In this document: positions 40,520 to 54,545 of the stretch, in pieces
How positions within the stretch are numbered: position 1 is the first letter of the stretch
Layout of the letters: every line of letters begins with the position of its first letter
NCBI GenBank assembly: GCA_964016885.1
Contig: OZ024741.1
Span: 61,876,001 to 61,940,000, forward strand
Direction of reading: 5' to 3'
DNA from: Eledone cirrhosa
Lineage: Eukaryota
DNA: 64,000 bases
The notes under the pieces: generated by a model
The model's input: only the letters and a program-made list of their open reading frames with translations
Told to the model about the DNA's origin: nothing
Database searches by the model: none
Position numbers and translations under genes: made by a program

Positions 40520-41544
40520 CATCATCAATCATTTGCTCTCCCTGCTAACAAGGGCTGGACAGGTTTACACAGACCATGTTAGTACTGAAGTAGGACAACT
40601 GACATTCCAGACAGGCTAAGGCGGACTGCATCATACTTACATATGGTCATTATTGGGCACAGAGGACAAATTGTCATGTCTTTTGACACAAACTGAAGGA
40701 TCCTTCCACCCCTTCTATGGATGGTTGCCCTTCATAGCACCAACCACTTTACAGCATATACTGGGTGCATTTATTGCATAGATCTCCAGCGCTAGGGAGG
40801 GTGTCATGTCCTTGACATGACTAAAGGATCCTTCCAACCCTTTGTTTAGGAAGCCTTCTATGACTGGATGCCCTTCCTATCACCGACCACTTTACAGCAT
40901 GTACTGGGTGTGTTTATCATGTAGATCACCAACACTAGAAAGGTTGTTGTGTCTTTGACACAGCTGAAAGGTCTTCTCAACCCTTCCAAGCATGGTTTCT
41001 ACAGTGAAGTGCTCTTCCTGTCACCAGCTACCCATACAGAGTGTACCAGGTGCATTTTCATGGCACCATGAGGTTGTTGCTCATAGACGCATCTATAGAG
41101 CTTGCTTTTTGGCGGGAGCAAAAGGGGAAGAGGATAGGTATTAAGTTATAGGTGATTGTGAAGATGGGTATGGGTGGCTGATTAGTGAATGGGGATATGG
41201 TCAATATGGTGGCTGTGGGAGGCATGATGGAGAGATAGGTGGGAGTAGGGTGTAGGTGTAACTGGTTAGTGTATGGGATGTAATAGTGTTGGGGACATGC
41301 TTGATATAAAGGCAGGGTCCTGGTAGAAAGATAGGAAAGGGAGTAGTGAGGAAGTAAGGCATGGTAATGGGAGTGCACAAGGGGTAGAGAGAGTAGCCAC
41401 TAGGATGTATAAATAACTCTTTTGAATGAATTTTCAAATTTATATACAAAGTACTCCCAAATAGTTTTATTTGTTCTAAAATGTGCTGTGAGTAAAAAGT
41501 GTTTGGGAACCTGGGAACCATTGGTGTAGTGTTGACTGGATATA

Positions 41545-41920
41545 TAAACAGAGCATGTAGATACTGACTGTATAGATAGACCCAGTGTTTAGATGTTTAC
41601 TGTTTTCAGAGACCCAGTGTTTAGATGTTTACTGTATAGATAGACACAGTGTTTAGATGTTTACTGTATAGATAGACACAGTGTGTAGATATTGACTATA
41701 GCTAGACAGAGTATGTAAATGTTTACTGGATATATAGACAGCGCATGTATATATTGATAGTATATATAGACAGGACATGTAGATGTTGACTGTATATATA
41801 GACCCAGTGTTTAGATGTTGACTGTATATATAGACCCATAATTAAGATATTGACTGTATATATAGATATAGTGCGTAGATATTGACTGCATAGATATACA
41901 TGGTATGTAAATGTTAACTA
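41545..41920. repeat. 32-bp minisatellite (atagacccagtgtttagatgtttactgtatag)
   Basis: Period 32 (for example 41581 and 41613), about 11-12 diverged units. Confidence 0.9.
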
Positions 41921-42459
41921 GAGAAATAGATAGGCACAATGTGTTGAGTAAAGAAGAACGTATAAATATTTTTTCTGTATTTTTAATTATCTATATTTCT
42001 ATTTTATGTTATGTTAATCAGTATAAATACATCTCATGAATAAATTACCTAATTTTGGTAGAAATTGTGTCAAAATATGTTTAATTGTTCTAAAGTGTAC
42101 TATAAAAAATGTTTGGGAAACATTAGGTGAGGAGTTAGAATTTAGAACATACTCTATATTTGGCTTTGATGTGGTTTGGATAGTCAAATTCTTTTTGTGA
42201 TAATTTTCATTAAAATTAAACTCACAAAATTGGCTTTAAAACCATTGATAATTACATGGATATGAAAAAGAAAGATAAAAACAAAATTAAGTAATGAGAA
42301 AAAGGTGGAAGAGGTAAAGAAGGGCAGATCTGGCTGTATAGGAAAGTAGAGGAAAGGACTATAAATGCCATAACTGAGAGGAAAAGGAGGCAAAAAGCAA
42401 GGACTCTTGAGCCTCAGAAGAAAGGGAGGGGGAAGGGGAGAAGGTGATGAGCTCTTGGC

Positions 42460-42900
42460 CTAGGGCAGAGTGGTGTTTGGGCTATGCCCCTTGGACAAAA
42501 CGACAAAGGCATTTCCACAGGCAATGGCCAGCAACATCTGCTGCAAAAGCCACCCCACCTTGTGGGGCACCTTCCTCAGATAGGCTGCCAATGTTCCAAT
42601 TTTGCAGAGGAGCTCGGCAGTATGGGATCCAAGGATGCCTGAGGTCTTGATGGTGACTGGTGCAAAGAGGAAGTGGCTGGACAATCCCTGGTATTTATTT
42701 GTCTTCCTGTCCTCTGCATTGCCACAGTACCGGGATTTGTGACAAAGCAACTAAGTTGGAGGTGGAGAACAAGTCCCAACACATGGCATCCCAGCTGAGG
42801 GATTTACCCCCTCCAAAGGGAAAGAAGGTAATTCCATCAGGGCACTTGCCGTCTCCGCGGTTGAGGCTTGCTGGCTCCAGTTGTGATTGTAGAAACATTA
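42460..42900 (-). mobile_element. CRE-like non-LTR retrotransposon C-terminus (restriction-like endonuclease), frameshifted
   Basis: LEPASLNRGDGKCPDGIT..PF..GKSLSWD, AEDRKTNKY, FAPVTIKTSG, LAIACGNA: the RLE pattern of CRE-clade elements. Confidence 0.7.
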
Positions 42901-44161
42901 TGATATTTTCAAATCTGGGTCATACAAGCGCATACACAAGTATTCAGGTTGTTTGATACCAAGAGCTTCTTATTTATATTTATTACAAATAGTAGATGGT
43001 CAGATGATTCTTTCAAACCAAGCAGAGGCTCAAATAGTAAATATGTTTACCAATTGACCAATCACAGGTTTAAATAGTGAACAGTTGTAAAGTTTCTCAC
43101 AGGATTCCAACAGACCAATCAGATTTTCAAATAGTAAACGCTATTGCTCATTACAAACTGGTCTACAAAACAATAAGTTTATGAAAGAAGGAGTTTGTAA
43201 TTTACTTGAAGCATTGTATATGGTGTAAAGAATTCAAAGTTTGTAAGCCTCGACATGCAGGTTTGGAGGGAGAATAATTAAATTGTAAGAAACGGCTTGT
43301 TTTTTTTTACCTTAATTTATTCCTGTCCTGATATTTTGAGATTAATATCTCTTCTTCCGAGGAAAATAAAGGAACTAATCCAGTGTCTGATGTGGCTTGC
43401 TATACCACACTGGCTGAATTAAGGTGAAAAAAAAACAAGCCTTATTTCTTACGATTTAATTATTCTCTGTCCAATTCTTAATAAGTTTATCTTTATTCCA
43501 AATTACATTGTGTCCTAGAAAACAACCATCTTTGCCAAAAACCTGTCCTATAAAGCAACCACATTACCCTCCACCACCTACCACACAAAATTTGAAATAA
43601 CATTATGTCATAAAACAACCAACTTAACTTCCTGCCCTTGATTGCAAATAACATTATATCCCATGAAACTAACATTAGACCCCTATTTCAAATCACACAA
43701 TTTTACAAGATAAAGATGTGTGTATCTGGTTTAAAATAGGTATACCATTTCCTTAAAAGCTGTATGTGGCACCTAAAGAGGTTGCCATCAAGAAGGACAT
43801 CCAGGTGTAAAACATGTAAAACATTGCTTGAAAAAGGACCCTTTCGTCAAAATAAAATAAAATCTGTCATGGGACCTGTAAGTCTAACTCCTGATTTAGC
43901 CTAAAACATGACCTAAAGATGTTTTCTGCCATTGTTGTAAATATAATAAAAACTGAATGGATAAATATGTTCACTAAAAAAACTAATATTTGAAGTTGAA
44001 TTCACAATTAAGTGACAACAGAACTATTTACCAAAAAATATTTTTTCTTTAATTCCCTACAGATTTAACAAACTTCATTGTCTCTCAAATAAATCATATA
44101 AATACAAATTATACATACATGTGTATATGTGCGTGGGTATGTATATATATATATATATATA

Positions 44162-45150
44162 CAAGGGGGGATCAACAACTTCGCGGAATTTTATCGTAGT
44201 AAGAAAAAAATAGATTAAAACAATATTAAACATGTCAGAACATTGTCACTGGGTCTTTACCTTGCTATTAGTCACTTGCAGTCAGTTATGCGTGGACTAT
44301 TGTACAGTACTGACACTCTTTAAAAAACCTCTTTTTGGAACAATGGAAAATAGTTGTTTTGAGATAAGATTGGATATCAAGTTTCTGGTGAAACTCAAAT
44401 GGAAAGGGAGACAGATTGTGGAGGTTTTAGTTAAAGTGTACAGTACTACTGCTCCAAAGAAAACTGCTGTCTACAAGTGGATTCAGCGATTCAAACAAGG
44501 GAAGCCGACCATCGCAGTATAATCCTGAATCCAAACAGCAGTCAAAACAGTGGCTTCCACGTGGATCATCGGCGCCAATCAAGTTCAAATCTCAAAAGTC
44601 GGATCAAAAAGTGATGGCCACCATTTTCTGGGATTCAGATGGGGTGATACTAATAGATTATCTTGAAGGTCAAAGAACTGTGACAAGAGCTTACTATGCA
44701 AATGTTTTAAGGAAGCTGAATGAGGCTTTAGTCAAGAAACGAAAAGGGAAACTTCATGGTGGGATCTTGTTTCACCATGACAATGCACCAGTGCATTCTG
44801 CGTGGGTTGCAAAAGAAGTTCTTCGAGAATTTCGATGGGAAGTGCTTCCTCACCCGCCTTATAGTCCAGATTTAGCCCCATCAGACTTTTTCCTCTTTCC
44901 AAAACTCAAAGAAATGCTAAAAGGAACCCATTCTAGTGGTGTTGAAGAAGCTAAAAACACTGCCAACACATGGCTTTGAACAGGGCCTTCAACTTTCTTT
45001 AGAGACGGCTTACGAAGCTGGAAGCATCGCCTTGTCAAGTGTATTGACCTGGATAGCAACTATGTAGAAAAATAAATTGATGGTAAATCATATTTTTTGA
45101 AAAATAGAATATTTTCTGAAAAATTCCGCGAACTTTTTGATCCCCCCTCA
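44162..45150 (+). mobile_element. Internally deleted mariner (DD34D) transposon
   Basis: TA-flanked TIRs caaggggggatcaacaacttcgcggaatttt / aaaattccgcgaactttttgatcccccctca. Transposase ATG at 44343 (HTH ..VYKWIQRFKQG), MATIFWD, HDNAPVH, HPPYSPDLAPSDF, ending YVEK* at 45075; premature TGA at 44977. Confidence 0.93.
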
Positions 45151-45218
45151 TATATATATATATATATATAGTAATAATAATAAATTTGAAGACTAAAATC
45201 CAAAGAGCGCTCGATAAG

Positions 45219-46195
45219 GATCATCATCATCATCATCATCACCGTTTTACGTCCGTTCTTCCAGGCTAGCATGGGTTAGACGGGTTGTCCTGTTGTGGGC
45301 AGTGTCTGGTCGGCTGACCATGCCTTGCTCATACAGGAACTGATTTGGCTTGATTTCTACAGCTGGATGCCCTTCCTAACACCAACCTCATTTACAGTGA
45401 GTGCTGGGTGCTTTTTCGTGGTGCCTACACGTCCACTTTACAGTGTGGGCTGGGTGCTTTTTTGCCGTGGCACCTCCACGACCACCTTGCGGTGAGGGGT
45501 GTGGCGGCATATTGTCTATATGCTTCAGCTTGTACCCATGGGAGGTCGGGTACTCTGTATTACTGCGTGACGCCAGAAGTCACGGTCGTGTGTCATTGCC
45601 TTTGAGAGGTGTAATTGGGTAAGGTCGGCTTTTATCACCTCATCCCAGGTCATCTTGGGTCTCCCCACTCCGCGGTTTCCATCAACTTCTAGTGCTCTGC
45701 ACCTTTTTATGCAGCTGTCATCCTTCATACGCATCATATGTCCATACCAGCACAACCGCCTCTCCTGCACACAGCATTTGATTCCTCTTATGCTCAGTCT
45801 CTCTCTCAATTCATTTATGCTTTGTCGTTCACGTATATTACTGTTACACATCCATCGGAGCATGCAGGCTTCGTTTCTCTCTAATCTACCTTCAGCGCCG
45901 AGGTCTCACTACCATGCAGCATTGCTGTTCGGATACACGCATCATACAGTCTGCCTTTCATTCTGAGGGAGAAGCCTTTTGCAGCTAGCAGTGGTAGTAG
46001 TTCCCTAAACTTCTTCGATCCCGTTCTTACCCTAGTTATTGTACTTTCTGAACACCCACCTCCGCTGCTAATTCGGTCACCTAGGTAGCAGAAGCTGTCT
46101 ACTGTTTCTACAGAGCCCTCCCAGAGATTGGTGGTACTTGTTTCCTGTGGCTGTTTGCTGCTTGCTGTCCCAGCACAGCTGCTGCATGTGAAGGA
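45219..46195 (-). mobile_element. 5'-truncated RTE LINE, family B
   Basis: Near-identical to 12945-13662 and extends further 5' through FCYLG to the last PHD cysteines (FTCSSC). Confidence 0.9.
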
Positions 46196-46949
46196 TAAAT
46201 ATATATATCAAATATATAAGACCCGTAGATCAAATATTTATTAAAATAACAGATTAAAGCTTAAGCAAAGTATCACTGCTTTCACCCTTAACAGGATCTT
46301 CTGAAACTAAAAAAAATCAATCCGTGAACGCAGAAGTAAATATTTCGAAAAACGTTGCAACCGAAGGAAGACAGGAAGATGATACTTTGGTTCGTGGAAA
46401 CGTTCCCGGGCAAAGAACAAAGATACTACATCATTATTTGGAGTGGTGAAAACAATTACACGCAAAGACAAAACCATGTTCATGGTATAAATGAAGTCGT
46501 AGGCTAATATTCTATTAGGTGGTTTGTGGAGACGTTCCTTGGCAATGAACGGAAAAAATGAAGATAATACGTCATTATGTGGGGAGATGAGAACAATTAC
46601 ACGCAAAGACAAAACCATGTTTATGGTATAACTGAAGTCTAATATTCTATTTAGGAAACCAAATGATTCTCGGCTTCAGAGTTAAGAATAATGTAAATAA
46701 ATTACAGAGATTATTGAAATCAACAATAATTAAATATATAAATGCACGCATCCTATATACGTACATACACATGCATACGCGAAAACACGCGCCATGGGTA
46801 TGCAAATACAGGCATGTACACAAATTCATGCGCACACATACAAAAACCCACGCAATGCCTGTACCCACACACATACGAACGTATACACCAAATACACATA
46901 AAACATATAAAAAAAAAAAAAATATATATATATATAGAGAGAGAGATAA

Positions 46950-47195
46950 ATAATAAAATTTTTAATAGAAATACCATTAAAATTTCTTACTCTACGACTC
47001 CTAACCTTGCACATAACATCACTGCTTCAAATTTAGCTAAATTACCTAGTCGTAGGAACACGTGCAACCCTGTAGCTAGTACTAACTGTAATTGTAGGAA
47101 TCGGGTTAACTACCCCCTTTCCAGGAAATGCCTCTCTAGTAACATTGTCTACAAATGTAAGGTTGAGACACCCACATCCCATAGGGTTACCATGT
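46950..47195 (+). mobile_element. Penelope-like element fragment (RT-EN linker and start of GIY-YIG)
   Basis: KIFNRNTIKISYSTTPNL...CNCRNRVNYPLSRKCLSSNIVYKCKV, a characteristic PLE linker. Confidence 0.8.
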
Positions 47196-48463
47196 AACCC
47201 ACCGTAACATCTGATCATGTAATCATTTTGTTGAACAGTTCACCCCACCACCACCACCATGACCACAGCACACATCGCTATACGTCCATAAAGTTTTTTT
47301 CCCCCGCGTTCCCTATGCCACCTTTTAACCTGTATATTTTTGTCGCTCACAACTCCGCCACAAGACACAACTCCATACCTCAACATCCATTAACTTCATC
47401 AACACCGCCAACACATACCTTCCCTCTTGAACCAACGCAAGTGTGCGTGTCTGTGTGGAAGCATTTTTTTATATATATGTGCATATACATGTATGTATAT
47501 GTATGTATGTATATATATATATATATGTATATATATGTGTGTGTATATATGTATGTGTGTATGTGTATGTTTATGTATACGTGTGTGTACATGCATGTGT
47601 GCATATCCGTATGTGTGTATGTATGTGTATGTCTATATGTACAACACCATCTCCATTGGCTCTCACCTTCCCTCTATCTTTGTTCTACGCCGCCCCCGCC
47701 GATACTGCCCCACTCTCTCTATATATATCCACACGCACGCATGCACATACATGTGTGTATATATGCATATAGATATATGTATGTGTGGATCTATGTGGGC
47801 GAGTGTGTGTGTGTATATGGGTGTGTATGTATGCATATATATCAGTATATATGCGCATGTATATATATACAACGTATTTGTCAGACTAAGAGTGTCTAGG
47901 TATGTAACTCCCAGACTCGACACCACCAACACATCCACCACACCACCTCAAACGCCACTACCATAAACAACCACACCACAACCACACCCCACACATGCCA
48001 ACCCGTATACCGACAACCCACTACCCCCACACCATAGCCCATCCCAGTTAGTGACCGTCACCACCATCTTATCATCACATCCACCCCCACATACACTACA
48101 GGCCAAAGCCAATCCGCCACCACCACACCGCATCCCATCGCAGCCAGCGACCGTCACCACCATCTTATCATCACATCCACCCCCACATACACTACAGGCC
48201 AGTACATCCCTTTGATCCTTCCCACCAATCAAAACAACTCATATTGTCAAACACTTGAACTTCTGTCTTTACCACATAGCATGTATTCATTTTCTTATAG
48301 CATTTTAAAGGTTGCGTCGAGTTGTCGATCATTGAGTCGGGTAGGATCGATACAGATCGAACCTTGAGCTGATCAGTGGCGGAACGCGCGTCACCTACCA
48401 ATAAATGTAATGAAGGAGTAACCAATCGTCCTTGTTATCCTTTTAATATATATATATATATAT

Positions 48464-48820
48464 GAGGCACATGGAGGCACATGGCTTAGTGGTTAGAGCA
48501 TTGGCCTTGCAATCGAAAGGTTGTGAGTTCAATTCTCAGACCGGGTGATGTGTTGTTTCCTTGAGCAAGACACTTTATTTCACATTGCTCCAGTTTACCC
48601 AGCTTTAGAAATGAGATGATAGGGACTGGGGTCCATATTATTCCACTGCAAAGTGGTCGTGGAGGTTCCACGGCAAAAAAGCACCCAGCACTCACTGTAA
48701 ACGAGGTTGGTGTTAGGAAGGGCATCCAGCTGTAGAAATCAAGCCAGAATCAGTTCCCGTCCCACCCTTGCAACAAGGAAAAGTGGACGTAAAATGAAAT
48801 GATGATGATGATGAAATGAT
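48464..48820 (+). mobile_element. tRNA-derived SINE, tail type A, full length
   Basis: A box tggcttagtgg, B box gagttcaattc, CORE-like block, central block, tail A and (GAT)n. Confidence 0.88.
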
Positions 48821-48867
48821 GATATATATATATATACATATATATATGTGTGTATGTATGTATATAT

Positions 48868-49110
48868 ATGTAAAAGGTAAACAGAAATAACAACACAATC
48901 GGTACAGTATATGGAAGGAATATGTGATTTTAATGCTTGAAATAGCAGGAGAAGTGTCTTAACGTTTCTGACGCTAGTCCTTCATCATAAGAAAGAATGA
49001 GAAATTATAAAGATTGAATGGACGGGCAGAGCGGAATCAGAAAAAAATGTTTTTAGAGAAAAATAACAGGTCCATTCATGTTGCCATCTCTTATACAAGT
49101 CTTCCTCTAC
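48868..49110 (-). mobile_element. Second copy of the PLE-like terminal fragment
   Basis: Minus strand tcttatgatgaaggactagcgtcagaaacgttaagac; aligns with 38757-39007. Confidence 0.55.
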
Positions 49111-49825
49111 TGCAGGTTCCTTCCACTTGGATCTCTTTGCACTTCTTCACCCAGTGTACATGATCCATATGCATCACATGTCTATACCAATGCAGTCTTT
49201 CTTGTATCCTACATTTGATTCCTCTTATACCCAGTTTTTCTTTCAGTTCATCCACACCCTATCAGTTATTCACACTGACATTACTCATCCATAGGAACAT
49301 GCTTGATTAATTTCTCCCCAATCTTTGCATATCCTCTGACTTACACACTATAAAGTTCCATTATTCCTTCCTACCTATCAGACTTATTATCATACAACTT
49401 GAATAATGACATTAACATTTTGAAATAATATAAAAAATAAATAATAGTATAAGCTTTTTTCTAAATTTGTTATATTTTGTTTCGAAAGAGATGTTATCAT
49501 GGTGTGAGGCTATTGTCTTTCGAATATACAACATTCTATTTATTTAAACTAACATTTTTTTTTTCTGAAACAAACCAATAGTTTTTTTTACATAGCTGTA
49601 AATGAAAATAATGAAGACAACAATGATAGAATAAGATAATAAACACAATTTAGGATAAGAATCCATAGAGAGAAACTCTACATCAAAAGATGGTGGAAAT
49701 TCAATTTAAATTGCTTCCACTGTAATGGGAGATGATAATAAAATGACAATTGCATTGTGCTTGTTTAAATCAAACATTTGTCTTGGGAACAAAAAGTTAA
49801 AATCTAATGAAACATCCTTTCTTAC

Positions 49826-50502
49826 CTGAGCATGTTGTAGGCTGTAGTTGCACGAAGAGTTGTTGGTCCAAAATTTGTGATTAGACGTCGGTGTAGGCTC
49901 TCTTTAGTGAGAGCAATACTAACAGAGAGACTGTCATCAACAATTCTCAAAATAACTTCAATATCAAAATTTTTCATGTCGACATTCCATCCAAAGTAAG
50001 TTTGTATTGCGCCACCAAAATTTGCAGCAGCAATCATTGAGTTGAACGAGTGGTTTTCACCATTTCTGTGACAAGTTACTCGAAATGTTGGTTTCGTTGG
50101 ATCAAAAACTCTGGTAGATTTCCTGACAGGTTTTTCTTCAGTGACATTGATGGTGGTTTTAGCAGAGCAATGGCTTCCATCATCTTTCTGCTCCACATTC
50201 ATATCCGAGTGTACCAATTCCTTCGTAACCTCAGGAGCTTTTTTATCTTCCTTATTGTTATTCTCATTTTCTTCTGTTTTGCGTTTTCTTTTCCTTTTAC
50301 CATAATCATTGCGGTTAGCTTTCTCTTGCTTTGGTTTCAGTGGAATGGTAGATGAAGGAATTATCTTACCAAAATCAACAGGATCTATCACTGGTTTCTC
50401 GGAGATTGGTAATGGAAATGAGTAAACTTGGAACCAAACCTTTATTCCCATTTTCCAGTTGACATTTTCAACTAAATTTTGAAGTTGTCTCATACATTCT
50501 TC
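49826..50502 (-). CDS. THUMPD3: Internal coding exon of THUMP domain-containing protein 3 (tRNA m2G6 methyltransferase)
   Basis: Translation EECMRQL...PTFRVTCHRNGENHSFNSMIAAANFGGAIQTYFGWNVDMKNFDIEVIL...IALTKESLHRRLITNFGPTTLRATTAYNMLR closely resembles the THUMP region of vertebrate THUMPD3 as I recall it. Acceptor ttttctag|GAA at 50503/50502 (phase 0); donor CTCAG|gtaag at 49826/49825 (phase 2). Confidence 0.92.
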
Positions 50503-50554
50503 CTAGAAAATACAAAAAGGAAAAACATATTATTATTATTATTATTATTATTTT

Positions 50555-50930
50555 GTTTGGCAGTATTGGTAGATCATCAAACACCATGCTTTGCAGCATA
50601 GAAGTTATAGCCATTTACGTTCTGAGTTCAAATCCCACCAGGTTAACTCTGCCTTTCATCCTTACGGGGTCAATAAAATAAAGCCCCAGTAATGCACTGA
50701 GGTAATTGCTGGCCATGTGCCAAAAGTAGAAACATTATTATTATTATTTTAGGGCAGTGGATGAGCAGAATCATTAGAATATTGAGCAAATTCCTTCACA
50801 GCATTCTGATATTTTACATTCTGGATTCAGATCCCAAAGAAGTCAACTTTGCCTTTCATCCTTCAGGGTCAATGAAATAAAGTACTAATGAAATTCTAGC
50901 GTCGATTTTATTGACTCCCTCTCCCCAAAA
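50555..50930 (+). mobile_element. Two tandem copies of an (ATT)n-associated SINE
   Basis: ttctgagttcaaatccc...gcctttcatcctt..ggggtcaataaaataaag motif twice; same family as 55672-55872. Confidence 0.7.
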
Positions 50931-52562
50931 TTCAAAACTTTTCATGCATGATAGTTCATTGTACATCATCAGCATCAGCATTTTTTGTCTAGTTTCCATG
51001 CTTACATGGGTTAGATAAGTTCTCAAATGCTGAGACCAGATATATCAGATGACTGCATCTTGCTCATATTTTGGCTTGGTTTGGGTTTGATTTCTATGGC
51101 AAGCTGCCCTACCTAAAGCCAACCACCACATAGCATGCACAAGGTACATTTTATCATGGCACCACCCTTGCAACATGACAGGGCAAATGTGGTGCTTTTT
51201 ATCATGGCATTAGAACTACCACTTTACAATGTGGTCTGAGTACATTTTATTGTGGCACCAGCACTATCATTTCCAACACTAAGGTCCTCACTGTCCCCGG
51301 CAATACTGAGGAGGCAGTGATAAGAGTAATGGGAATGAGAGCAAAGGGCACATGAAAAGGAGTGAGAGGGAAAAGAGTTCTAAATACATTCACTGCATTC
51401 TGTAAAGTTGTTGTTGATAAGAAGGGTATCAGTCATAGAAAACCCACCAAACAAAATGTCAGGGAGACTCTTCAACTATGTCAAATATATGACAAGCTTC
51501 CTAGGGTTTGTGCCATGATAAAATGGTGCCCTCTGCAGAGTGCAGGAATGTAAGTGAGAAGCCCCCAGCCCATATGAGAAGGAAGTAGTCCCAATTAAAT
51601 ACTGACTTGCTAGCAGGGAAAACTGGTAGATGATGAAGTTGATCTTGAAAAGATTGTAAATAAAATACAAGAATCCAGAATAAATATTGCAAGACATTTT
51701 ATCCAATGCATCAATAATCTTGCCTTTGGCTGGTACATAATATATTTATCAATGCCAGCAAGATAGAAGACAAGGTTGACTTGTGCAGAATTTGGAGACA
51801 GTTTGTAAGAAACTAGAATAAATATCAACACATTTCATCCAATTCTTTAACAATGTTGATCTATACTTTATTTTATCGACTTCAGAAAAATAAAGAGCAA
51901 ATCTGAGATTGACAGGATTTGAACTCAAAATGTAACGATCCAGAATAAATACGGCAAAGCATTATTTCATCCAGCACTAATAATTCCATCACTTCATTAC
52001 TGAAAAAAGAAAAAAAAATGTACAGCTCATACTGATGCTAGTTAGCATCTCATATAAGGTTTCTCTTGTGCTTAAATAATAGGGGCTCTAGTCAAATCAT
52101 GAAAAGCAATGCAAAATGAAATGTCATGCTCAAAAACACAACAAGTCAACCAGTACAGAAAACAAACCCATGTCATCATGATTGTGAGTTCAACACCTTA
52201 ACTATTATGCCACATGCCTTCAAACTTCATCATGTTTTAATGATAGGGGTCCTTAGCTATATCAGGAGCATATACAAGAACACAAAGCTCCTTCTGATCT
52301 ACGATTCAAACCCCCAGCCTTATGATTATCAGTGCAACATCCTAACTGCTAGGTCACAAACCTTCACACGTCATCATTAAACTGAACTAAAAACGAACTA
52401 TTCCCTGTGGCGAGTAGTTCAAATGAACACTTTATATCTACAGCCCCTGCAATACAATTTTTGTGTGGAAGTTAACAATAAATTAGTATTTGAAATGTTT
52501 AAACTGTCATTATGTATGCGCATGCATGTAAGTATGTATGCATATATGTATGTGTGTGTTTG

Positions 52563-52596
<34 letters not shown>

Positions 52597-52949
52597 TATA
52601 CGTATGTATGTATATATATACATACATATACATACATACACATTTATATACTTATACATATATATAAATACACACAAACACATACATGTATATCTTTTAT
52701 TATCTATCTCCATTGGTGTTTCCATTCATATATTTCACAATAAAATGTTGTAATAAAGAGATTGAAAGCCGTTCAATTGTTAAGTAACATTATGTGATGT
52801 TAGCAACATCATAGGAAACACATTTTATTTTTACTCCTTTTTCTATTTATATTTTTTTGTTTTGCTTTTGTTCTTTATTCTGATATTCTATTGTGTATTG
52901 TATAAAGTTAGAATATAAAGTGATGGGTATAACAGTAGAAGCATATAGG

Positions 52950-52954
52950 TTCAA

Positions 52955-52993
<39 letters not shown>

Positions 52994-53043
52994 TATATAT
53001 ACATCTATATATATATACTTAAGTGGGTGTTTAAAATACCATA

Positions 53044-53099
<56 letters not shown>

Positions 53100-53309
53100 T
53101 ATATATACATACACACATACACACACACACACATATATATACATATATGTATATATATTTATATATGTGTGTGTGTGTAAATATATATGTGTGTGTGTAT
53201 ATATGTGTATATTTACATACACATATATATTTACATATATACATACACATACATATATATATACACTTACATGTACATATATGTATATACATATATAAAC
53301 AGAAAAGTG

Positions 53310-53357
<48 letters not shown>

Positions 53358-53513
53358 CAGTAGCATTATATAATAAAGTGAACATATTAACAAAAGTTGA
53401 TTTCTTGTGCAATTTCCTGTATCATTTACCTGTTTGTTACTTTCAATGAAAGAATGATTATACAACATATGTACTGAAGGTATATATAGCCTTTTCATAC
53501 ATATATATGTATA

Positions 53514-53594
<81 letters not shown>

Positions 53595-53703
53595 ATATAT
53601 ATATAAACATATATACATACACACATATATACATATGATATATATATATACATATATGCATACACACATATAATATACATACATACATAAACTATACATA
53701 TAC

Positions 53704-53734
<31 letters not shown>

Positions 53735-53864
53735 TATATATACACACATACATATAATATACACATACATACATATAATATACATACATACATATATACA
53801 TACATACATATAATATACATGCATACATATAATATACACGCATACATATAATATACATACATAC

Positions 53865-53917
<53 letters not shown>

Positions 53918-54364
53918 TACATATATATACATACATATATATACATACATCCATACATAAATATACATACTTACATATACATAGATACACACATATATAT
54001 ATATACATACATACATACATATACATACATACATACATACATATGCATACATGCATATACATACATACATATACATACATACATAGATATATATACATAC
54101 ATACATACATACATACATACATACACATATATATATATACATATATATACATACATACATACACATACACACATACATATACATACACACATACATATAC
54201 ATACACACATACATATACATACACACATACATATACATACACACATACATATACATACACACACATGCATACATATATATATATATACAGATATACACAC
54301 ATACATACACACATACATATACATACACACATACATATACATACACACATACATATACATACAC

Positions 54365-54405
<41 letters not shown>

Positions 54406-54424
54406 TACATATATATATATATAT

Positions 54425-54491
<67 letters not shown>

Positions 54492-54545
54492 CCTATATTA
54501 TATATATATATATATACATACATATGCACACACACATATGTATAC
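52950..54545. repeat. Very long compound TA/CA/TACA microsatellite field
   Basis: Seen directly; source of the 390-aa YIYV ORFs. Confidence 0.95.

Noticed and set aside
48474-48545. tRNA gene
   Set aside because: A and B boxes belong to a multi-copy SINE head; no full cloverleaf or terminator.
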